A stretch of 64,000 nt of DNA from Callorhinchus milii (Eukaryota), in contig NW_024704743.1 of NCBI RefSeq assembly GCF_018977255.1, positions 29,576,001-29,640,000 on the forward strand, written 5' to 3'. The notes beneath the pieces were generated by a model. The model saw nothing but the letters and a program-made list of their open reading frames with translations, was not told the DNA's origin and did not search any database. Shown in pieces: positions 36,531 to 48,643 of this stretch. The position numbers and the translations under genes were made by a program. Position 1 is the first letter of the stretch; every line of letters begins with the position of its first letter.

Positions 36531-36624
36531 ACCACTATACTTCTAACATCTATAAAAGCGTATATTCTTATTCTAATACAAGAGGATTGTTGCATTAAGT
36601 CTGAAAAGTTAAAGAACAGTTTGA

Positions 36625-37100
36625 ACAACAACTTACATTTGTATAGTGCTCTTCACGTAAGATAAAATTTTGAGTTGTTTACAAAGAGGGGGAGATGGAG
36701 AGGAAAAGGGGAGATGACCAAGGATGCAGTCAAAGTGGTAGGTTTTAAGGCAGTACTTGAAGACAAATAGAAAGGGAGCAAGATGGTTGAATGATTAGGG
36801 GTGTAGTAACTGAAGACAAGGCCACAGAGCAATAGGACTTTGAAATCGATCCAATGGGAATCTATGGAGATGACTGGGATGATGGGAGTGCAGGTGTGCA
36901 GAGTTTCGTCCGGGTAAGGATATGGGTGGTGGAGTTTTTTTGATAAGTTGGAGTTTATGGATAATGGAGTTCGGGAGATCAGCGAGGAGTGCAGTTTAAA
37001 AGTTCAGGCAGGAGGTAAAGAAGGCATGGATGAGGGCTTTGGCAGCAATTGGTGTGAGATATGTCAGAGGCGGGCGATCTGATGGAGGTGAAGAAAAGGT
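36625..37100 (-). mobile_element. Older L2 3' fragment
   Basis: ACAACAACTTACATTTGTATAGTGCTCTTCACG tail; AAGGCATGGATGAGGGCTTTGGCAGC (reverse of AAKALIHAF). Confidence 0.7.
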
Positions 37101-37949
37101 GAACAATCAGGTCACAACAACACCACTGCGATTACAATGAAAACACGATCACAGATGTATTTCAGAATCTAGCTCCAGGCATTTAAATCTTTATTCTCTT
37201 GTGGCCCAAGTTAAATAATCACAAACTATCTTCTGAATGTAATAATAACCTTGTTTGCACACATGAAACTGGGTTCACAATGGTGCTTGATGTGGTTACG
37301 TGGCTATTTAACTCATCTAAAATTGAACATGGGCTACCTTTTCTTGACCTTACAAAAGTCCACAATATATTTTACGTCAAGGATGAAAAATAACAATCAT
37401 TTTCTTACTTGTTTACAATTGGAATTCGACAAGTTTCCAGGACAGTTTACTGTTGATTAGTGGTCTCTTAGTCATTTGCTCACTGAGGAATTGGAGGTTC
37501 CACATAACTACAATAAACTATGCTTTAGGGAGTTTTTTCCAATAAAAGTTGAATGTTATTTTTAACGGGCATTGCTTTCATTAAAATATTAAAAAAAACA
37601 CTGAAAGTTAATTCCTCACTACATCCAAACATACAAAAGACAGGGCATCTTTTCCTATTCAAAATTCTTTGAAACAATCCACTGGTAGATAGAGTGACAA
37701 TGGAGCCTGGCAAGAACTGGGATGATAGGAAGTGCAGAGTTTGGTGAAGGTAAAGGTATGGTCAGTGGAGTTTCGATAAGCCGAAGTTTACGGATGATGG
37801 TGTGTCACTGTAACTACCAAACATACTTGAGGTTGAAGATTGAATACCTGGTGTATGTGGAGTTAAGCGATTTCAGCAGCTTAGGCTGGGGAAGGATAAT
37901 CAGCCAGGGTTCTTGCTCCTGATCACTATCCAGGGATCCCTGCTGGCTA

Positions 37950-38345
37950 ATAATAATAATCCTTGCATTTGGTACAGCACCTTTCATGTCAGTAGGCTGT
38001 CTCAAAGTGCTTCATAGGATATACTATAAGTGTAGTGACTGTATATTTGTAGTTCTAAACGATGGTCCGTTTGAGCACAGCATTGTCCCACAAACAACCA
38101 TGAAGTGTGGGCGTTGTTAATCAGGAAACTGGAAGAAAGCCTTTCAATTAGTTCCACGGAATCTATAATATCTACCTGAACAGACAGATGGTTTAATGGC
38201 TGATCCAAAGAACTGCATCTCCAACAATGCAGCACAGCCCCATCATGTTCCTGGAGTGTCAGCCTCGACTATGAGTTTAAAGTCCTAATATGGGGTTTGA
38301 ACCTACACCCGTCTGACTCAGAGAGTGTTACCAACTGAGAGTGAC
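37950..38345 (-). mobile_element. tRNA-headed Deu-domain SINE, near full length
   Basis: (TAA)n-CCTTGCATTTGG tail through CTACCTGAACAGACAG, GTGTCAGCCT and TTGAACCTAC...TACCAACTGAG head. Confidence 0.8.
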
Positions 38346-38517
38346 TATGCTGTTTGACTCATTTTTTGTTAATCTCTTCGTTGACTCTCTGATCTCTAAA
38401 TCAGTTCAAGAACAACAAGAACAACAACAAGATTCCATTTATAGAGCGCCTTTCACGTTGGGAGGACGTCCCAAGGCGCTGTACAGTTGGGTCAGGACCC
38501 GAGTAGGGGGGAAATGG

Positions 38518-39915
38518 TCAGGGTGAGGGGAGGGAAGGAAGGGAGCGAGGAGGGGGTAGAGAGTCGAGAGGGGAGCTGAAGGCACCGTCAAAGAGAAAGG
38601 TCTTGAGACCGGCCTTGAAGGAGGAAAGGGAGGAGGCGGCGAAGGCACTGGGGGATAGAGTTCCAGAGCCTGGGGCTGAGAGGCTGAAGGCCCGGCCACC
38701 GATGGTAGGGCGGTTGGGGCGGGGGATGTGGAGCAGACCGGAGCCAGAGGAACGGAGGGTACGGGCAGGTAGGTAGGGGGATAGTAGGTCAGAGAGGTAG
38801 GAGGGAGCAAGGCCGTGAATGGCCTTGTAGGTGAGGATGAGGATCTTGAAATCAATCCTCTGGGGGATGGGGAGCCAGTGGAGGCGAGCGAGGGTGGGAG
38901 TGATGTGGTCCCGAAGCCTGGTGCGGGACAGTACACGAGCTGCAGAGTTCTGAATGACCTGCAGCTTGTGGAGGGAGGGGCCGGGAAGGCCGGCGAGGAG
39001 AGAGTTCCCATAGTCCAGCCTTGAGGTGATAAAGGCGTGGACCAGAGTTTCAGCAGCGTGAGGGGTGAGGTAGTGCCGTAGTCTGGCGATGTTCCGGAGG
39101 TGATGGAAGGCGGTGCCAGTTGTGGTGCGGATATGAGGGAGAAAGGACAGCTCAGGGTCGAACAGAACACCGAGGTTCCTGACTGGCTTTGAGAGGTGGA
39201 GAGTGCAGCCTTGGATGCTGATGCTGTCAGCGCCTGAGGTGCGGAGGCGCTGACGTGAGCCAATCAGGAGGGCCTCAGTTTTGCGCACGTTGAGCTGAAG
39301 AAAGTTGTCTCTCGTCCAGGACTCGATGTCGGACAGACAGGCTGTCAGGACATCGGTGGTCGTGGAGTTGAGGGTAGAAGAGGAAAGGTAGAGTTGGGTG
39401 TCATCCGCATACATGTGGAAGTTAACCCCATGTCTGCGGATGATGTCACCAAGGGGGAGCATAGAGAGGGTGAAGAGGAGGGGACCGAGGACAGAGCCCT
39501 GAGGGACACCGCACGAGACAGTGCGGGGGCTGGAGGAAAAGCCGTTTGTGGAAACAAAGTGAAGACGGTGGGAGAGGTACGACCTAAACCACTCAAGGAC
39601 AGGGCCTTGAAGGTTGAGGTGGGAGGACAAGCGGTGGAGGAGGATAGCATGGTCAACCGTATCAAATGCTGCCGATAGGTCGAGGAGGCAGAGGTCACAG
39701 ATGGTCAGGATGTCATTGGTGACCTTGACCAGGGCAGTTTCTGTGCTATGGGCAGCACGGAAACCCGACTGAAGGGGTTCGAATAATGAATGGGTGGAGA
39801 GGAAAGAGCGCAGTTGGGAGGCAACAACTCGTTCAAGGATCTTGGACAGGAAAGGGAGGTTGGAGATGGGCCGGTAGCTTGATAGCTGCGACGCATCAAG
39901 GGAGGGTTTTTTCAA
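38518..39915 (-). pseudogene. L2 ORF reverse-transcriptase segment (465-aa open frame)
   Basis: Non-LTR RT motifs in one frame. Upstream portions are in other frames, and the C-terminus is frameshifted near 38660. Confidence 0.9.
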
Positions 39916-40829
39916 GGTGGGAGTGATGGTGGCAGTTTTTAAGGGAATGGGAACAGAGCCAGAGGAGAGGGACAGGTTGACAATGTCTGTGATATGTGGG
40001 GCAAGGAGGTGGAGCTGGGAGATAAGGAGTGGAGTGGGGATGGGGTCAAGGGAGCAGGTGGTGGGTTTCAGGGATAGGATGAGTTTGGTGACAGAGGGTG
40101 GGGAAACGGGTACGAAAGTGTGTAGGGGAGGATGGGTAGGAGTCGGAGTGTGGGAGGGAGGGGTGGGGGGTGGGTGGATGTTGGAGGGGAAGTGACCGCG
40201 GAGCGAATTCCCTTGATTTTGGATTCAAGGAAATCCAGCATCTCCTCGCAGTGAAGGTTGGAGGAGATGACCTGCGCGGGGTGGCGGGGGGACGGAGGAG
40301 TCGGGATGTGGTAGAAAACAGTAGCCTGGGGTTGTTCTTCGCCTCCAGGATTATCCTGGAGTAGAAGGACGACTTGGCCGAGGCTAGAGTGGAGCGGTAG
40401 ATTTTGAGGAGGTCCAGCCAGATTTGTCGGTGGACCGTTAGGCCAGATTTGACGCAGGTACGTTCAGCGGCTCGCACCTGACTCTTCGGTGAGCGGAGGT
40501 AGGTGTTGAACCAGGGGGAGGAGCGAGAGTAGGAGACAGTACGGGAGTGATGGGGGCAAGAATGTCGAGTGTGGAGGAGAGGGTGTTGTGGAGGAGGGTG
40601 AGAGGAGAAGAGGGGTTAGTGAGGGTTGAAGGCCAGAGGGAGAGGAGTTCAGAGGACTCCAAGGCAGCGGTTAGGGATTGTGGGGGTAACTTCTTCCAGG
40701 GGCGGTAGAAGATGGTGGTGGGTCTGGTGGAGGTGGGAAGGGGGGTGGAGGTGGTGAAGGAGATGAAGTGGTGATCAGAGACAGCCTTGTCGGTGATAGT
40801 GACATCCGAGACACTGAGGCCCCGGGTGA

Positions 40830-41555
40830 TCACCAAGTCGAGTGGGTGGCCGTGACTGTGAGTGGGGGAGTTGATGTGGAAGGAGAGGTTGAGTGAGGAG
40901 AGCAGGGAAGAGAAATCTGAGGAGATTGAGCAGGAGGGGGTGAAGTGCAGGTTGGTGGTGTCCTTGAGATAAGGGCTACACCACCGCCACGGCGGTTGGG
41001 GCGAGGGATGTGGTGGGAGGTGTAGCCGGATGGTGTGGCCTCCGTGAGGGGGAAGGTGTCGCCTTGGGTGAGCCAGGTTTCCGTTAAGGCCATGATGTCA
41101 ACGCTCTCATCAAGGATGAGATCGTTGATGACCAGGGCCTTGTTACAGAGGGAGCGGACGTTTTGTAGTCCGATGTGGAGGGAGCGGTTGACAGAAGGGT
41201 GTGTGGGAGGGGAGGGGGTTCCAGGTTGTGAAGCAGGGGTGGGGGAAATGGGGATGAGGAAGGAGAGGTTGGCTCCCCGGGTCTGTGTCCGGGGTGGCTG
41301 GCGAGTGTGGTGGGGAATGGGGCAATCGGTGTGGCTGCTGCTGGACAGCCAACGCCGAGTGCCACGGTGAGCCCGGCGGAGGATTCCCAGGCTGGAACAG
41401 GGGGAGGTTGTGGGAGGGTCAAGTGGGGATAGAAGGCGTGAGGGACGGAGAGAGAGGACAGAGCGGTAGAGATGCAGAGGGGGGAGGGTTTGGGGGTAGA
41501 GAGGAGGGAGGGAGGGGGTGAGGGGGCTCGGGTTAAAGCGGAAGCCATAGTGCAC
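40830..41555 (-). pseudogene. L2 ORF N-terminal region and start of the APE endonuclease
   Basis: Pro-rich leader, RRAHRGTRR, then IGLQNVRSL...LTETWL...GGGVALI; the frame is lost at a deletion near 40955. Confidence 0.85.
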
Positions 41556-41979
41556 ATGCAGGGACCGGGAGCGAGCGGTCAGATGGATGGCATTATCCCA
41601 TAGGCTGGGGCTGCCAACCCAACAGGATCATGGTGGGCTCTGATGTGAGCCCTGGGTGGGGGGGGGTGGGGGGCGCAAAGGTTTTTTTTGTTGTTGCGCG
41701 CGCACACTCCTGAAAACTAAACTATGACGTCAGCGGTTCCCCCGCTCCATCTCCACACACCTCCCCCGCGCTGTCCTGCCGCCGCTCCCCGTGTCATGAA
41801 CTCAAAGATCACAGATTACGTGTTTTTAAAAAAAAATATGAACTATCTTGAGAGAGATTGGTGGATGAGGGATATAATGCAGCTTCTAAAGGAATCCTCA
41901 AAAACGTTTAGATGTTTCTATGGTTGACACTCAGTATTAAGGCTTATTTAGGTTGGTGAGGCTTCAGATAATTAATATA

Positions 41980-42810
41980 ACACCTTAGGTGCTGACAGCA
42001 TCACTATCATGGATGCAATCTCCACCTCACTGAGCCAGTGTAGAACTTTGGTGTCTTGCTCGACCCTCAACTGTCTTTTAAACCCCACATCCGTGTCATG
42101 ACCCATTCTGCCTTTCCTCATCTCGGTAATATTGCCCACCTCCACCACTATCTCTCCATTCAGGCTGCTAAAACCCTCATCCACACTTTTATTATGTTCA
42201 TGCTTGACTATGCTAACTCCCTGCTAGCCGGACTTCCCAACTCTTCCCTCCACAATCTGCAGATTATTCAGAACTTTGCAGCTCATGTCCTCTCCTGAAC
42301 TAAGCTTTGTGATCCCATCACCCCCATCTTTGCCTTGCCCATTCCCCACAGGATCGAGTTCAAGATCCTTGTCTTCATCTTTAAAGCTCTCCATAGTCTT
42401 GTACCGCCCTACCTCTGTGACCTATTAAAACGTTGTCAACCTGTGCGCTCCCTCCGCTGCAGGCACTGGCCTGCTCTACTTCTCCAGCCCTGCCTGCTCC
42501 ACTATTGGCAGTCAGGCTTTCATCCCATCCCGAAGCCCCTCCGCCTCGCCCCCTCCCTTGTCTCCTTCAAGGACCGTCTCAAGACCTTCCTTTTCGACTG
42601 TGCCTTCGGTCATCTTCCATCCTCCACACTTTTATTACGTTCAGGCTTGACTATGCAAACTCCCTGCTCACCAGACTTCCCAACTCCACCCCTTTTCCCT
42701 CAACCCCTCTCTGATCATAACCCACAGTTCGGGTGCAAACCCCTCATTGTCCAGCTCCTTGGGACATCTTTCTGACGTGAGGTACTATGTAAATTCAATT
42801 TGTTGTTATT
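41980..42810 (+). mobile_element. L2 3' third, decayed, with internal duplication
   Basis: [49 protein letters not shown]; tail at about 42755-42810. Confidence 0.9.
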
Positions 42811-43468
42811 AAAAATGTCAACAACAAAGCATTCTTGTTTCAGATCACTGTTTATGTGTCCAGAATCATGAAGGGATGGTTGTTTTTCTCTCACCTGAAC
42901 ACAATTGACAAGTAAAGTATCCCCCAAGTCTCAGGGATTTGTATTACATTGCTTAAAGCCACTTTACTGTACTAACCAACAAAGGTCTTAGAGGGAGTGG
43001 AGGCATTTCCATATCTACAGGAATCTTGGTGTTTCAAAAATGTAGCCATACAGGGAGGAGGGGGACAAAAAGCTTATAATCTTCAGAGAGAGAGATGTCC
43101 AATTTCTTATTGGGGATCTAAAGAGTTGAAATTTCACTTTGTCTTAAGACCATTCTGTTTAATAATTTAAGATCATACTGAATTATAGAACAATTGAAAG
43201 CATATTTTCTGCAGTTTTTAAAAAGAACTGCTTCCAAATTTGTTAGCAAATCCTGCAATTTCACTCACCAATTAGAAGTTGAAATTAGCACTGTGACGTA
43301 CTGTTTGTGAATATAGTATTTTAGTCCCTCAATAATAGCTTAATAATGGATTGCGGCATACATAAAACTTGATATGTGAAATCAAGCTAACAGGATACAT
43401 GTATCCTTCATGCGCCATATAAATAATTATCTTCAGAAAATGAATAACATTCAATATACAGACATACT

Positions 43469-43797
43469 ATAATAATAATAATAATAATAATAATCCTTGC
43501 ATTTGATATAGCGCTTTTCACGTCGGGAGGACGTCCCAAAGCGCTTCACAGAAGACACTGTAAAGTGAATTGACTGCCTATTTGTGGGCGAACGCGGCAG
43601 CCAATTGCGCACAGCAATGTCCCACAAACAGTCGTGGATTGAAAATGACCAATTTATTATTGTTTTTGGTTTTGGAGGGATTATTATTAGGCGTGTCGAG
43701 TAAGGAAACTTGCCCAAGGTTTCGCCCTCTGCCTGGAATTGAACTCGGGTCTCTCGCTTGCAAAGCGAGTGCTCTAACCACTGAGCTACAGGACTCC
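43469..43797 (-). mobile_element. tRNA-Ala SINE short form, full length, CpG-retaining (young)
   Basis: Intact A/B boxes, perfect tail stem AGCGCTTT/AAAGCGCT and a long (TTA)n tail. Confidence 0.95.
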
Positions 43798-46164
43798 ACG
43801 TCTCAATTACAAGATGTAATTGTACTTTTGTTTTACAGATAAGGCAATGAATAGTAATAATAAGGCTCCAGGTGCTCATCACCTTGACCCTCGCCTTCAC
43901 CAAGCTCCACTGTCCCTCTAGCAGATAGATTTCAAGGTGCCAAAACACTGACATAGAATCACTAAATGAGGCATAACAAAGTTTAGCATTGTTGTCCCAA
44001 CAGCATCTCCAACAAAGCCTTCACTGCAGAAAAGCTGCTGGCCACATTGGAACCAATGTGTTTATAACCGACATAGCATTGCAGCAGTAGCACCTGGCAT
44101 TTCTCTTAAGCTGAAGACCATGGGCTTAAAACTAACATCACACAGAATTTCTGAATTCTGAGAAAATAACACTTGTACATTAATTCATTTGCAACAGATT
44201 TCCTTCATTAATATGAATGAAAATCCCTCAACCGTTATATTGCTTCCATACATCTTGTGCATTCTTACATTTGGATGCACACTGGAACGTACATGGAACT
44301 ATCAAAGAAATAGAAAGAAAAAGTGGATAGACCTTTGGGGAAATCCACTCATGATCTATGAATACTTCTGTGAATTTGCGTCAAACTGAGAAGCAATTAT
44401 AAGCATCCTGTGAAGATTATGAACAAGGATCAAGGATGTAAATGGTTAAAATGCTGAATGGGTGAAGTGGACTTTGCTCATTCTTATGTTGGGTCTAATG
44501 TGCAGAGATTTTAAATGGGATTCTTTACTAAATCTGAGTGGAATATTCTTCCTCAAATTGGAAGCAAGTCACATGGACTCATATGAAGGCAGGATTCCTC
44601 TGAGACCAGAAGAACCTCCTGCTTTTTTTCAAATAGTACCATGGGATATTTAACATCCACCTGAACAGACAGACCTCGGTTTAATGTCTCATTGAAAAGA
44701 CAGCACTTTCAGCAATGTATCGCTCCCCAAGAGGGTGGATTTTGATGTGAATTCAGGAAGGATGAGATCAACTGGACCTCTTTATTCAAGCCAATCTAGT
44801 TATAACTCCTGCTTTTTACAGTCCAAAGTGCTTATATAAGGATTCCTCTTCTTTGTGCTTCAAGCTACATTTTGGATTTTCAGCTTTGGGGAGATATAGA
44901 TGTTATTTAGTTTGGATAATTTGCAATAAACAGCACAAGGCATCTCACATTACAGAAGCATTAATTCATCGCTTAAAAATGACATTTCAAGTTCAACAGG
45001 GAAGAAGCATTCCTTTCAGAAAATTGGCAAAGAATTTGATTATTTTTGTTTGCGGGTGGCTCTCATTTTATGAAACATTTAGTACTATAAATGTAACCAA
45101 ATATCAACTGTGAAGTAGTCGGAATTGTTCTTCTTTGCTGCCAAATATGAAGATAAGTAAACATGACAGTTTATGCAACACTTACTCATAACGACCTCCT
45201 ATTCAGTTTATAGTCCACTGTGGCATAGTAACCATGCTACTGAACTGTGTTGTGTTGTACTTCCAGGGACTTGCTGGTTGGAAGTAATTTTCCTGTTGAA
45301 CTGGCACAAACTCTGTTGTGCAGTACAACCACAGTTTAAAGAGCGTGATTCTGAAAAGTGGTTAGCAACCATCGCAATGACATCCATATTTTCACACCAC
45401 TTCTACTCTGGGCTGTTAGTAATAATAATCCTTGGAATTGATATAGCGCCTTTCACATCAGAAGAACATCCCAAAGTGTTTCACAGGTTTTACTATGAAG
45501 TGGAGTGATTGTGTGTTTGTGGGCATGTTTAGCATAGCTGTGACCAGTGCAATGTCAACTTTTTAAGCTTAAAGTTTTATAGAGCAGAAGTTTATACAGA
45601 GTATGCAGCATGGAAACACACCATTCAGCCGAACCAGTCCGGGCCAGTGCTTTTCTCTGAATACTGCTTCAACGCCAATGAGATGTTTGAGGCTCTCCTC
45701 TCAGTTATGTTTGAACTCCATTTGTTTTATTTACTACCCAGACACAGGCAATATAACACTCAGCAGGTGTAGGAGGCTATTATGAGAACCAAAGGCTAGA
45801 CTCTTATCTGCTTAAGACTTCTCTGATCAGAAGCTGCCCATGTGCATTCCTGAAATGTGTCTGTCTAGTCTTCATAGCCAACACTGCTGTGAGGAGTTCA
45901 GAATAACTTTCCAATAAACCTTGCTTTAGTCATGAAATAATAGTGATGTCCACTATTTTTAACTGTCAGTGGATAATGGAGCTTATGATTTCTTTCAATA
46001 TTTTCCTCAATAAGGACTCTCAGTCACAATGGGGACTCCTGCAAATAGCTAAAAGGGTATCACCCTGACCCACAACAACTATGCATTGGAAATAGATCAA
46101 GTGGGAGCAGTGTGATGTACTTCTGATTGTCAAAACCCTTTACCTTTCTGGGTCATCAATAAGG

Positions 46165-46433
46165 CAACACGTCCTTCATAGGAGACGTTAAACCGGGGTC
46201 CCATCTGCTTATTCAGGTGGATTATACAAAAAGAGAAGGGAGTTTCTCCTGGTGTCCTGGCTAACAATTCTTCAAATAAAAAATTGGTCACTCACTTCAT
46301 CGCTGTACCTAAAAACAAGCTGCTGCATTTCACATACAAAATGCACAGTCATTGCACAGTATATCCTATCAAGTGCTTTGAGATGTTCAGTTGACATGAA
46401 AGGTGCTATATAAATTGTAAGGATTATTATTAT
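46165..46433 (+). mobile_element. Deu-domain SINE, 3' two-thirds
   Basis: GTCCTTCATAGGAGACGTTAAACCGGGGTCCCATCTGCTTATTCAGGTGGA...TCCTGGTGTCCTGGCTAAC...GAAAGGTGCTATATAAATTGTAAGGATTATTATT. Confidence 0.8.
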
Positions 46434-48373
46434 GATCAAATTAAAAATCGCTGTGTTTTGGATCCTGACATCAAAACGTATGAAATGAGGGAGAATTTTG
46501 TCTCATTTAATATTGTAATTATTTGTCACTTTTCAGACCACAGGCATTGAGGTCGAGGAGAATATGCCCTAAGCTCATTCTATGCTCATTGGGAAAGGTC
46601 AAACAACCCTTTTTACTGTTTGTATTCTATTTGGATGTTCTAACTTCGTGTCAGAGGATTTACTGACAAACCCATTATGAAAATCCTGTCACAGCATTGT
46701 CAGTAAATCAAACGATTTTCACCAAATTGGCTCCAATAGTCAACCGCAGACATTTTGCAAGCAGCAAAATTTGCCTCATAGGTCCAACAAACATCACAGT
46801 AAAGGTATCAAAAGCATTAAAATATCTCTATCAATTTTAGCTTGAAATTTCCAAACTAATACTAAAGCATGTATTAATAGTAGGCACTCGATAATGGGAG
46901 TCTATTCTGCCACTTGTAACAATTGTATTTTTGCAATGGAATTGATTTTTTGTTTGTGAATATCAGATTCTGATATTTACAGTGAAATTCACATCTGGCT
47001 AATCCCAATCCAGCAAAATCCAAACATAAACGGTTGGCTCATCCCAACCCAGGAAAGACCAAAAATAGATGTCTTATCCCAAACCAACAAAAACAAAATC
47101 ATGTCTGGCAAGCAAAATGCAATTAAGAAACAACTTGAGTTCTCTGAGACTTTGTTGAATTGCAATCAGTTGGCTACGAATTGTGTCACACATTTTACAA
47201 TTCGATTTTGCAAATCGGAAATTGCAATTTAACACACAAATCTGTTTTGATAACATTCTTAACTGGACCTCAATAACACTATATAATTATCATAAAATAT
47301 TCCCTTTATTTAAAAAAAGTCATTTTTCATGTTCTCTGGTTTCATTTAGATCAGCATTTTTTTTAAGTACATGGAACAGAAAGCCATTCAGACTATTATT
47401 CAATGTTATTTTCTGGTAATGTAAAACATTGTCATTTGTTTACTATGAGTTATGTTTTCCTTCTGCTTTCTTTTTTTCTAGTGAATTGTTCATTTCTCTC
47501 ACTGCTGGAATTCTCACTTTGTTCCGATAATAATCTTTACATTTGATATATGACCTAAAATGTTGAAATGTCTCAAACCGCTCTCCAGTGTCCAGTGCTT
47601 GGAATCAGGGGTCCTCCATCCTTGCATGTCTCTTGATATAATCACTCTCTCCCTCTCCTCTTTCAAGGCACGTCTCAAAATGTATCTTTTTCCTGTCCCC
47701 AATCCCCACCCTCCCCCCCGGCTCCCACCCCCATCTTGGGTGCGCATTCAGCATTGTGAAGAGTTTTGAAACTTCCTCCCGACATAAAAGGCACTGAATC
47801 AATGGAAATTGTATTGAAAAATCCGTCTTGTTCCATGACTTGTTTGTGAAATGTTGGCACAAATACCACGTTTGCCTACATGACATTCACTTCATTCAAT
47901 ATAACCTGATTCTGTAAAGCAGTTTGAGACATTTCTTGCAAGTTATATTTATATAAGTTGTTGTAAAGAAGACAGGAATTTCCACTTAGGGCAAACATAC
48001 ACAAGGTGAGGCCAAAACACATTCTGTGCTATAATTTTTTGTTTTACTTGTTCGTGAGAATACAATATTGCCTAAGGTCTTTCCACATTTGCAATATGAA
48101 AAGAAAACTGGTCCAGTGAGAGCAAGACTCATCACAACACAAGACTTAAATGGATTGAGCAAGTTCATAACAGTGTGAATGTCTGAATTGGCACAGTTCA
48201 CTTCTAATATGTTGTAATCTAATGATTGGTTACATTTTTAGATTTATGCAACTGTAAACTCTATTCTTTTGAGGCTCCCCTCTAATTCCTTCTCTGCCCC
48301 ACCCTCATCCAAGTGACCCCACCTAGGCAGTCAATAGGCTTCCATAAATAATCCTTGCATTTCATATAGTGCA

Positions 48374-48643
48374 AGGGAACAGGTCTCTCCCACACCTCCC
48401 CAGGGCCAGACTGCTTCTCATCTGGAGACCTCGCATCCCTCTCCTCACCCAGGGGAACAGGCCTCTCCCACTCTCACCCTCTCTCCCCCCTCATGCCGGG
48501 GACCAAGCTTCTCCCCCACCTTCAACCTCAGGGAATAGGCCTCTCCCTCACACGACCCGTCCAACTCCAGGTTTTTTTTCACCTGGAGACCTCTCACCCC
48601 TCTCCTCACCACAGGGAACAGGCCACTCCTTCTCTCTCCCCCC
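48374..48643. repeat. Degenerate ~80-bp tandem repeat (3.5 units)
   Basis: Motif RGGGAAYAGGYCWCTCC at 48374, 48452, 48530 and 48613. Confidence 0.7.

Larger units (their letters stand above)
38407..41596 (-). mobile_element. L2-clade LINE, near full length (APE endonuclease + RT), inactivated by frameshifts and a deletion
   Basis: LQNVRSL..DIMALTETWL..RRGGGVALI (endonuclease), [69 protein letters not shown]; 3' stem-loop and (TTG)n tail. Confidence 0.96.

Noticed and set aside
38439..41557. Many overlapping long ORFs on both strands
   Set aside because: These are alternate-frame and antisense shadows of the C-rich L2 coding sequence, not separate genes.
43722..43797. tRNA-Ala(TGC)-like cloverleaf (also at about 2700-2772 and 28430-28503)
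   Set aside because: It is the head of a SINE. The T and acceptor stems are imperfect, and it runs into the SINE body in every copy.
43451..43954. 167-aa ORF with poly-Tyr
   Set aside because: It is a translation of a SINE and its (TTA)n tail.
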